Assembly: GCF_037042905.1 (NCBI RefSeq)
Contig: NC_087252.1
Span: 18,850,001-18,914,000 of the forward strand
From: Lytechinus pictus
Taxonomy: Eukaryota
Reading direction: 5' to 3'
Length of the DNA: 64,000 nucleotides
Shown piece by piece: positions 53,819-64,000 of this stretch. Under the pieces are notes generated by a model, which was not told the DNA's origin, ran no database searches, and saw nothing but the letters and a program-made list of their open reading frames with translations. Within the stretch, counting starts at the first letter, position 1; every line of letters starts with the position of its first letter. The translations under genes and the position numbers were made by a program.

Positions 53819-53866
53819 GTAAAGCTCCCTGTTTGTCGAAAGGAGATATACCTGCACGTGGAGATG
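53819..53866 (+). CDS. Probable cytoplasmic mini-exon of the Ig receptor
   Basis: TTTTTTGCTACAG| acceptor, 48 nt, phase 1-1, reading GKAPCLSKGDIPARGD. The donor |GTAGTA is weak. Confidence 0.55.
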
Positions 53867-54513
53867 GTAGTATTCTTTTACATTTCATTAGATTTCATTC
53901 ACTGTCACAGTTACAACTAAATAAATGCATTTTTCACAACTCAAAATTTTATATCAATTAACGGCTGTTATTACTGAGGTAATGGTAACACCGGTATTCA
54001 TAATTATGCATACCAAAAAATATGGGCGATTCCAAGCAAAAGAGGACAGTTTAAGAAATATATATTGACTCTATTTCAAATGTGGATCAAAATTTTCTAT
54101 TAAAAAATCGTATGAAAGTTCATAAATGCAAAAGGGAACATAATTAGCAACAGGTTCCTCCCTTACGCATCTCCTTATAGGAGAATCCGAACCCTACAAA
54201 AATTATATACATGGGATTTTATATATTTATTTTTACTTACCCTCAATTTACCCACAATTTAATGGAAAATTAGTGTTTGTTTTGCAAACAAAATTTCTCT
54301 TGGATAATCTGAAAGTCATAATTTTACATTATATTAACCCTTTGTGCGCTGATGTTGCAATTTTGCACATTCGTACAATTTAATTCGACAATCGTAATAA
54401 TTAGTTTTATTTCCTACCTCCAAATTAGATAAGCTAATAAAAGGCAATAGTTCTTGGATAACATATATATGATAATAATGAGTATGAATGGTGCAATATT
54501 AAAGTCTTGAATT

Positions 54514-55331
54514 GAAGAGCTCACTTGCAAAAGGGGTTTGGTCCATTTTTCATCAAATTTGATTTTTCATGTCTTAATGTATAGATTTTTAGTGGCTCTA
54601 TAAAATGATACCAAAGAAAATTTGAAATTCCTATTAAAAAGTGAACTAAAATAGCAAAGAAAAATATATTTTTTACAAAAGGGGTTAGGTCCATTTCAGT
54701 TTAGTTGCAAAAGGGGTTAGGTCCACACATTTTTTTTTGGGGGGGAAAGAATATCTAAAAAATATGAAGACAGGTATATTTCTCTTATACCTAATTTTAT
54801 GTTCTCATGGTAGGGTATCATGAAAATTCAGTTTCCCATAAGAATATTGCAATATGGGAGAATTAAAAAAAATATTTTCTTGGAGTGGACCTAACCCCTT
54901 TACTAAACTCTTCTGAAGAACTCATTGGTCAAAAGGGGTTAGGTCCATTTTTCATAAATTTTATTGTTTTCTGTCTCTAAACCTCTAAATTTTTAGTCAT
55001 TTTGATGATACCAAAGACAATTTGAAATTCAAATGAAAACGTGAATGAAAGTGGCAAAGAAAAATCACTTTTTTAATCAAAACAGATTGGATTCATTTCA
55101 GTTAACTTGCAAAAGGGGTTAGGTCCACAGTGATATTTTTTTTTAATATAAAGAAAAAAGTTGAAGACAGGTAGATTTCTTTTATACCCGATTTTATGTT
55201 CACATGATAGGGTAGTACATTATGGCAATTTAGTTTCTCATAATAATATTGCAATAAGTGAGAATAAAAAACATGTTTTTTTCTCGGAATGGTCCAAAGT
55301 GGACCTAACCCCTTTTGCAACTAAACTCTCT
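54514..55331 (-). mobile_element. GAAGAG-terminal MITE, copy 3 (reverse orientation)
   Basis: Reverse complement of 9042-9864, flanks AATT/AATA. Confidence 0.85.
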
Positions 55332-55849
55332 AATAAAAGAAATTAACATGGAAACAATTGTCATTATTACCCAGCCCCCCCCCCCCCAAAAAAAAAAATA
55401 GAAATAATAATAATAATTCAGCCTGCAAACAGTAAAAACAAAATTTTGAAATATACAGTAAGTTGTGGGAAAGGTTTATAAAATGTCAAATTTGTGGTGC
55501 CGGACAACATGTAATGTGACCGGCCGTTTTGCTACTGACCTGAGTTTTTATATCTACAAAAGAAGCTTAAAGTTGCTTCCCAAATCCAAATGTCTTATTT
55601 TAGATCTTTATAATTATGTAAGTAATGTTTTGCAGGTATTGAAATTGGTAAAATTGTTTTAAATTGAAAGAACTATAAAAAAAAATTATTAGTCACGTTT
55701 TTCCATGTTACTTTTGTGTAATGCGACTGACCCGATTTTTGGGACGTCCTTGTGTCCACAATGTGCAGCCTACAACCATTGTGTATGTATTGTTCTAAAG
55801 CCTCAGATGTCAAGATAAAATGACAGTATAAACTTGGCAGAAAGACTCA

Positions 55850-56088
55850 CACTGCAAAAACTCCGGTGTTGATTTAACACCAGACCGGAGTCTATTTATG
55901 TCCACACCAGAGAAGTATTGAAACAACACCAGTTTGGAATCAAACCGATGCTGTTTTAATACTAATTGGTGTTGTGAAAACACCTGGTGTTAGACTAATA
56001 CAAAAACAGGTGTTGTTTAACACTTCTCTGGTGTGGACATATATAGATTGCAGGCTGGTGTCAAATCAACACCGGAGTTTTTGCAGTG
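55850..56088. mobile_element. CACTG-terminal MITE (EnSpm/CACTA-like)
   Basis: TIR CACTGCAAAAACTCCGGTGTTGATTT.ACACCAG, internal AACACC repeats and a 2-bp TSD CA/CA. Confidence 0.9.
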
Positions 56089-56098
56089 CACCCCTGTA

Positions 56099-58334
56099 CA
56101 GGGACCTGGGAACGATTTTTTCAGTGGGGGTGCTGAAATCTCTCCTCAGAGGTGGGGGGGGGGGGGGACAGACACTATTGAGTTTAACATAATTACACAC
56201 ACACAAACACATATATATATATATATATATAAATATACATATATATGACAGTCACTTCTTGGCTTTCTTCTTATAAAAGAACATAAATATATAATTAGAT
56301 AATATCGAGCGCGAAGCGCGAGATATTTTTTGTGGAAATTTCATGTATTTTGTCCTGAAAATTGAACATTTTGAGCAATGTTTGTGGTCCAAGATGCGTA
56401 TGTAACAAATAATTGTGAGCGCGAGCAGATATTTTTTTATATACGCTCAGGCCTGATCGAAAGGGACGTGTTATAAGGACTGTTTTGCAGTTACCCATGA
56501 AGACGATACATATATCAACAATCAAATAATGCGAGCGCGAAGTGCGAGCTGAAAAATTTGACATTCCGACCTAAATACTGGACATTCTAAGCACGTTTTT
56601 TAATTATGAACAGGATAGGTATATTTAGAATTGATGCGAGCGCGAAGCGCGAGCGGAAACAAAATTGAGATTTCAGACCAAAAAAACGAGAGATTCTAAG
56701 TACTTTTCTAATCATGATGAGTATAGGTATAAAACTATACAATTGATGCAAGCGCGAAGCGCGAGCGGAAATAAAAATGAGATTTCAAACCTAAAAACGA
56801 GACATCTTATGCACTTTTCTAATCATGAACAGGATAGGTATATAACTATACAATTGATGCGAGCGGAAACAAAATTGAGATTTCCGAGACCTGAAAACGG
56901 GACATTCCATTCATGTTTAATCAAGAAAATGATTGGTAATTGGATATATTCTTAAATTAATAATGTGAGCGCGAAGCGCGAGCAGAAAATTTTTGATATT
57001 CTGATCTGAAACTCCACACTGAATATAAAATGGTTTGAACAGATAAAGAAAACTCAGACGAACATAATAATAAAGATTTGATCAAAATCAGACAAGGAAT
57101 CACAGTTATTGCATTTTGAAGATTAGCATTATTCCCCACTTGTTCTTTTGTATTTTATTATATAAACTTAGGTTTATTCAATATTTTCCTTTCAAGAACC
57201 AAAAACAGTTGAATTGACAACTGATTTAGTCCATTAGATATTCTTTGCTGCAACTTATTTCATTATAAGGGAGACATATCATTCATTCTGGTATGAAAAA
57301 AATGAAACAATTTTTATTCCACAAGGAACAGCTAGGATAGTGGGGATGTGACAGCATCAGCCCACCTATTAAATATTCATGACGACATGCATATCACCAT
57401 TTTCATAAAATATTGCTAAACTTTAGAATTAAATAACTTAACTAATCGTTATCAGATTTTGATAAAATTTATTTATTTTGATAAAATGTATTTGATATAA
57501 ATATTTTCAGCCCGGAGTACCCCCCCCCCAAAATCAAGCTGGTGAAGCTGCGTATCTGAATAAAACATGCGTGCGCGTGTTTAGAGTTAGACCTATATAG
57601 TATCTGGGCATTCTAAATACATTTTTTATGATAAAAATCAATAATGCGAGCGCGAAGCGCGAGCAGATAACATTTGATATTCCGATCTGAAAGAGGGTGA
57701 ATTTAAACACTATTTCAAGTAATGTGTCAGAAAATTCTGAAGGGGGGGGGTTCTACAAAACGTCGTTCATTTTCATTACATTTCTGTCATTTATCAGCTA
57801 CCACTAGATTTCCAGGAGGTGCGCTGCCTATATATATGGAAAATAACACACGCAGCACCCCCAAATTTTGGGGTTGCTTCACCCCGAACACCCCCGCTTC
57901 CCAGCCCGTAGGGCCATGGGGCAGGGCGAAAAAGACTTTGAAATTTGATTTCTATTACTTGTAATTATTGTATACAATACACGGGCGGTCGGGCGCGCGC
58001 TCACTTGATTCGACATAAAACCTGGAAGTTTCAACCACCCCAGTGTGTATCACGTATTGCGCGCGACTACGTCTGTATCGGAGTGGCTGCCCCGCTGGAG
58101 CTTGATTGAGTCGCGTTATATAGGAGGGATGTTATTGGAATATGTGAAAGACTATATAAATGATTTGCGATTGTCTGATGTGATAATCATGTACATTATA
58201 ACATATTTAAAAAAATACAGGGGGAACCTAATTTCGTGGGGGTGCTGTCTATGGAAAATAATACACGCAGCACCCCCATGATAATTTCTGGGGGTGCTTC
58301 AGCACCCCCAGCACCCCCGCTTCTCAGGTCCCTG
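56099..58334. mobile_element. hAT-superfamily non-autonomous element
   Basis: TIR CAGGGACCTG.GAA and a perfect 8-bp TSD CCCCTGTA. Has ~110-bp GCGAGCGCGAAGCGCGAGC units, a nested Kolobok-like fragment (~57010-57525) and a duplicated right-end segment. Confidence 0.9.
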
Positions 58335-58427
58335 CCCCTGTAAAACTGACAGAACAATGTGTTTAAACAGAACACATAAAAGTGTAATGCGACTGGCCAT
58401 AAAATTCCCCATACATATGTACATATA

Positions 58428-58499
<72 letters not shown>

Positions 58500-59348
58500 T
58501 AATAGGAATAGTCTGCTTCTGTTTGGCTATCTGTCTTGGCTATCTAATATATATATATATTATAATAAACACAAGTTCACAAAGTTGACTGGAGGTTCAT
58601 CAAATTTAATTGCAACTCTGAGTTTCACGCAAACTACGTGAGGTGCGATCTTCAGGCAACTGATAAAACTTTTCAATACCATTGAACAATGCATGTCGCG
58701 GTCGCGCAAAGTGCGTTACACCAAACACGCACATAGTGGGCGCAGGAAACTAGGTACCCAGTGCGCGCTGAGGTTTTTACAATTTGAATGTTTTTCAAAT
58801 AATCGATAATCCGCGATGGGTGGTTGATCGATTAATTGATAAGAGGAGATGACATAGAATTGATAATAATGAAAGTGAAATTGAAAATTATGCCTATAAA
58901 GGCTGCATCACTAGTCTTGGTGATATCACTGCATTATACGATGTGCGTGCATGGTGATTACAGAAGATTGTCTTTGAAATTGCATAACTTGAACTTGTTT
59001 TGGTGGCGGCATTTCGAAACGAGTTCTGGGCCTTTGTTCAGCAGTGACTGCTTATCAGCGTTCATAATGAGAAGTTTTTCGGTGAGGCACAGGTACATCT
59101 CTTTGTCTCGTTGGATTATGCTTGCGCATGGCTGACGATTGACCACTTGATGGTATACGGCGTGTCGCATCGTTTCAGGTCCCAGATGAACTTCGACAGT
59201 TCCGTGCTGTTCTGGTACCGTTCGTGTCGTAAGGATTGGAGGTGGTTATAGTACCTGGACTTGAAGGGGGGCTCCGTGAGGCCAATGTAGGTCATCCTCT
59301 TGTCTGGGGTTGTTACTTCCGCGTTGTAGATGACGTTGGTAGCCGAAG
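58500..59348 (-). mobile_element. Penelope-like retroelement 3' fragment (GIY-YIG endonuclease)
   Basis: Minus strand reads NVIYNAEVTTPDKRMTYIGLTEPPFKSRYYNH..STELSKFIW..KRC(fs)LCLTEK..LLNK..ELVSKCRHQNKF, with one stop and one frameshift. Flanked by (TA)n. Confidence 0.92.
58609..58660 (-). ncRNA. Minimal type I hammerhead ribozyme of the Penelope element
   Basis: Minus strand: GUUGC-CUGAAGA-U-CGCA-(CCUCACGUAGUU)-UGCG-U-GAAA-CUC-A-GAG-UU-GCAAU. Core boxes are present, stems I and II form, and stem III is palindromic with a 1-nt loop. Confidence 0.8.
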
Positions 59349-59362
59349 TATATATATATATA

Positions 59363-60179
59363 CAGTGCGTCCCACAAAAAACGAAACCGAGATTTATCGA
59401 TGATTTATCATAACTTAATCACAAATACAATAAACAAATGACCTACCATTTTAAAGCTTAGAATCTCCTCTTTCATCTGAAATACTTAGATTATTTCTCA
59501 TTCACGCATGAGTGAGCAAAAACAATTTGAAGAGGGGATACCAAAAAGTCATTTGGCGGGCTGTATCTGGGTTTCAAAAAGAAAACCACATTTTTGAAAA
59601 GTTCAATATCTGCTCTTTAATTTGATACCTCAATTACAGAAAATGTCAAGAAATACCAAAGTTCCGGCTATTTGAAATAAGGCTTGAATTTCAATAATTT
59701 CATAAAATTAAGAGGTTCAACAGGCTAGCTTTCAAACTCACTTGACACTCCGTTTTGTTGACGATCAGCCATGCACTAAGTCTTTTGTTAACCATGCGAT
59801 AGCTTCTGTGGGAGACCGTTAAAAACACGTATTTTTAATGAAATTATGTAAATACAAGCATTGTTTCGAGGGAACATAGCTTTTTTACTTCTTGACCATT
59901 TCTTGTGATTAATGTATCAAATAAAAGAGCAGATATTGAACTTTTTAGGCATGTGATTTTCTTTTTTAAATTCAGATACTCCCCGCCAAATGGATTTTTG
60001 GTATCCTTTCTTCAAATCATTTTGCTCACTCATGCGTGAATGGGGAATAATCTTAGTAATATCAAACAAAAGAGGAGATTCTAAGCTTTACATTGGTAGG
60101 TAATTTGTCTATTGTATTTGTGATTAAGTTATGATAAATCATCGCTTAATCTCGTTTTTGTTTTTTCTGGGACGCACTG
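59363..60179. mobile_element. Tc1/mariner MITE with long TIRs, copy 2
   Basis: Colinear with 51678-52496 and inserted in (TA)n. Confidence 0.9.
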
Positions 60180-60224
60180 TATATATATATATTTCTACGG
60201 CATTTACTAAACCATTTATAATTA

Positions 60225-61478
60225 TATCTATTTATATAATATATAATATGATAGAAATCAATGTATTTTCCCAGCCGGCCCACCTTCGATGAATATATTG
60301 ACCAGTCGGTCCATGAATATATTTCTATACGTGCATGGCGCCCTCTTTGGATTAGATGTTACCAATTACACGGAAATAACATATGTGGGACTAAAGCTAA
60401 GACCGTTTACAATCGATCAACACTCTTCGAACATAACGGACCGCGGAATTTAAGTGAGTCCGACGACGACGAGGAGCCTACTACGAGTACGGGTTAGATC
60501 TAACGTTAGGCCTTCTTCAATTATCTGTGTAGACAGGAATAACCGTCATTTCTGACATTCGGAGCATTCAGTTATTCAGCAATTTATGGATATGTATTGG
60601 TTAGTGTAGCCAATGAATTAACAGTTAGTTTAGCAGATAGAGACTGAAGCTTACCCTAACTTTTAAAACTTTAGTTTTGGATTTGGTCTAACGTCAAATA
60701 TTTGTGGTGATGTGTGATGAGCAATGAGGAATAAGATCAGCTTTTGGACGATACAATTGGGTAAGTAGATCTAGATTTAGGCCAAGGCCAAGATCTACGT
60801 TAGGTCTAACTTTTTAACGTGTTAAATAAAGTTCTAGGCTAGAGTCTAAAAGTTAGAGAAATCTAATGTTAAATCTTGCTAACGACAGCGTAAGTTAGTG
60901 TTAGCAAAACATTAGTTAGATTTGGTCCTGGACTTGGTTCGACAACAGAAAGATCAGGACCACCACCAACAGTAGTCTGACATAGATCTAGTCTTCTAGA
61001 TCTATCTTAGTCATGTTTATCTCAACCCAATTAGATCAGAATCTGCACCTGATCATGGCTCAACATGCATTCTCGATCTTCCTTGGGTCCTGGACCTGGA
61101 CTGGACTCTAAATTTGATCTAACAAGTTAGGCCTAAATAAACTTGATTTTGATTAGAAAATGGGCATTCAATACGTTAGACTAACATTACATACACCAGT
61201 TCCATCAGTCACTGTCAATATCATACACAACTGATCTACTGCACGCTCCGTAGACCTAGTTTTAAATTTAGATTTAAAGTTAGATCTATCTTTATCATTC
61301 AAGGCTATCTTATATAAGATATATTAACTTTATATGGGGTGTGTAAAAAACATTCTTTGGACCGCCTGAAGGATTGATATTTTTCCTCATGATCATATTT
61401 TGCCTCGGTAAAATATAAATCCGGCGGTCCAAAGAATGTTTATATTACACACCCCATTAGTCAAAATCTGTATTATAT
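60225..61478 (+). mobile_element. Possible Crypton-like non-autonomous element with one-sided subterminal hairpin
   Basis: No TIR. A long hairpin at 61334-61457 sits near the right end, and the interior has short exon-like pieces with GT donors and AGATCTAG-rich spacers. Family call inferred. Confidence 0.35.
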
Positions 61479-62169
61479 TTAACTCTTTAAGAGCCATTGG
61501 CAGCTATAGTTGCCCATAGCCCTCTAGTGCCATTGGCATCTATAGTTGCCCAAGTAATTTTTTTTTGTTTAAACAATTTTACAGCCAGAAAATCAACACC
61601 ATATTCTGTGTTTTTTATGTTGTTATATTGGCAAGGAATTCACAATTGATTTTGTCATATAAAAAATAGTGGTTTACATAGACATTTTTTGAGTAAAATG
61701 TCATTTTTGCATCATTATTTTGAAGAGCTAATTTCGGATATTGCCGCGATCTGAATCAAGATTTCCCCTATAGACACGTGTGATATAAAGGTTGTGTGTA
61801 GCAATACACATACTTCTATTGGCAGAGCAAAGGCGAGTGTGCGAAGGCATTCAGCACGGAATTGACCAATGACAGAGCGGTACGATGTCTCTCATATAAC
61901 GCTACTTGCCCATTTGCTATTGTTTTATGAATATTCATGAGCTATCGATCGGGTCTTTTGCAGGCCGGTATGGTAGTATTCTTGTGTCAAGGCTTTTTTT
62001 CTGCCTGCAAATGTGCACGGTTTGGGGGAGATTTTTTGGGGGGAAGGGGGGGGGGGGAAGGTCTTGTACTTAGTTTTTTTAGCATTCTCACAAAATTGTT
62101 CTTGTTATAAATATATGAGTAAAGAAGGCTGTCATTTCCAACTCTCATCGCACTGCAATCATCACACTC

Positions 62170-62385
62170 ATTATTTATTTATTCAGTTATTATTATTATT
62201 ATTATCATTATTAGTATTACTATTATCGTAATCATTATTATCATTATTGTTATCATTATAATTATTTTTCTCCTACACCTTCTTCTTATAATTATTAATG
62301 TTATTGCCATCAGTGTAATCATCACCATCATTATGATTATTATTAAAAAAATAATTGTTGTAATCATATCAATTGCATTCCTTCT
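62170..62385. repeat. Degenerate (ATT/ATC)n microsatellite
   Basis: Read directly from the sequence. A similar tract is at ~50640-50720. Confidence 0.9.
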
Positions 62386-64000
62386 GCAGCCAAACTCTCT
62401 CTTCATAAACTTAAGATTAGGTAAATAACGGTTCATATTCGTTTGTGTTTTTATAGCCCAAACCATTATATAAAAAAAGATTGATTGACATTGTTATGCT
62501 TATCAATATCATATTCAAACTTCTTACAAAAATATGAGTAAAATGGGAAGAAGCAAAAGAAAATGTGATAATTAAAACGGCCGATATTACCGCTTTATTT
62601 GTCTCAAGATTTATTTTCTTTCAAGGTGGATGTTTTTCCTTTGCTAAATCAAACCATTGGTCAGAGAAAAAGTAAACGGAGTATATACAGTAATATCAGA
62701 TGTTTTGAGGAAAAGAAAGGGATACATTAACAAAACCGATTAGACCGACCTGTTAGTTGCTGCATCATCGACGTCACTATGAAGGGGATTTTAAAACGAC
62801 TTTAGAGAGTAGAAATTAAAATAATAACGACGGAAACTGGTTGAATATTACATTTCTTTATGCCACGCATATTATTGTACATTATGTTATCTGAACAAAT
62901 TATTTTTTTTAACACGAATAGTGCTACGAGCTCGGGAGGCCCTGGGCGGATGCAGGATTTTACTGTAGGGGGCAAATTGTTTTCTCTTTACCTGGGTCAC
63001 CCATAAAAAAAGCAAAATGTGAAAAGAAATAAATACCGGAACCTTTGAAAGTATTCAAAAGTCAAATCAAAAGACGCGCGTAAGCCCCGATTTCTATGAA
63101 CCTCCTGTGCTAAATTACTCTCCTAGACAATAGGTCAGGAGGGAGCGCGGATTAGAGATTCCTCATGAAAGAGAGTCTGGGCATCTATTGTTCATGACTT
63201 GGTGGCATGAACAAAATAATGTAGTCACGTAGAATATTAACAGGCGGCTACTTTGGTCAGACCAGTAATACAGAACAAAGAGGCCTATTTTCTTTTTGAA
63301 AATTTGTATTGATTTTTTTGTTTGTAACTGATCTGCATTTCCTCTTCTTTGATTTACGAAAAATGTTTTTTTTCTTACTTCTGTGCACTTTCCCAAGAAC
63401 GCCCATATTATTTTGTAGGATTTTATACCCCAAACTTGTTAGTAATGAATCTGTCCGACCCCTCTTTATCTATATTTCAATATATCATCTTTAGTTCTTT
63501 TTTATTTTGTCTCCTTAACTTTGTTTGTTACACTACGAATAAAAAAAAAATCAGAGTCTTATTTTGAAGACTACACGAATGAAAGGGTACGGTTGGCCGC
63601 ACTTTGAAGATACATGGCTCTAATATATTATTGTGTGTGTTTGAGTGGGGATCGCAGCTGTGCCGTGATTGGTCACTTGATCGACGACAATGCCCTTTTT
63701 TGGAACAGGTCCTTTCAATTGCGTGTGTATATATACTCTCTCGTACTTCAGAGGAAATAACTTGAATAGCAAAATAGTATTTTAAAAGAGCATTATTTTT
63801 CGTTATTTCTGTTTGTTAAATTTCATCAATAGATACGTCATTTGAAAGGGTAAACATTGAACTTTGATATTATCTTCTTAATTTATTGCTATCTCTACAA
63901 TTCCTCAGGTTATTTACTCTTTGAAATGTTCATGAAATCATAATTTTCTAGGTTTTACTTATTGAAAAAAAACGATGTAAAATATTACATCTTTTCTCCA

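Noticed and set aside
53855..53866. RGD tripeptide
   Set aside because: It lies in the predicted cytoplasmic tail, so an integrin-binding role is implausible.

Overview
AT-rich, repeat-dense eukaryotic (metazoan) genomic DNA. The repeat families look like sea urchin/echinoderm, but that is an inference. One protein-coding gene can be assembled on the + strand, a type I membrane Ig-superfamily receptor: signal-peptide exon 11756-11828; two V-like Ig exons (45277-45615, 46151-46468); a C1-like Ig exon with the start of the TM (47331-47702); a TM-end exon (51611-51652); and a probable cytoplasmic mini-exon (53819-53866). All junctions are phase 1 and no stop exon was found, so the gene probably continues beyond the window. 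The ~33 kb apparent first intron seems to hold several decayed, frameshifted Ig exons plus an old local duplication with an inverted segment. Most of the rest is nested transposons: L2 and CR1-like LINE fragments, a near full-length decayed Crack/L2-group LINE, a HERO-clade retrotransposon, a Penelope fragment carrying a minimal hammerhead ribozyme, a solo LTR, and many non-autonomous DNA elements (hAT, Tc1/mariner, Harbinger, CACTA, Kolobok, MULE-like, Sola-like). These include a 6.8 kb TGT...ACA foldback built of tandem arrays. No rRNA, tRNA gene or CRISPR array is supported.
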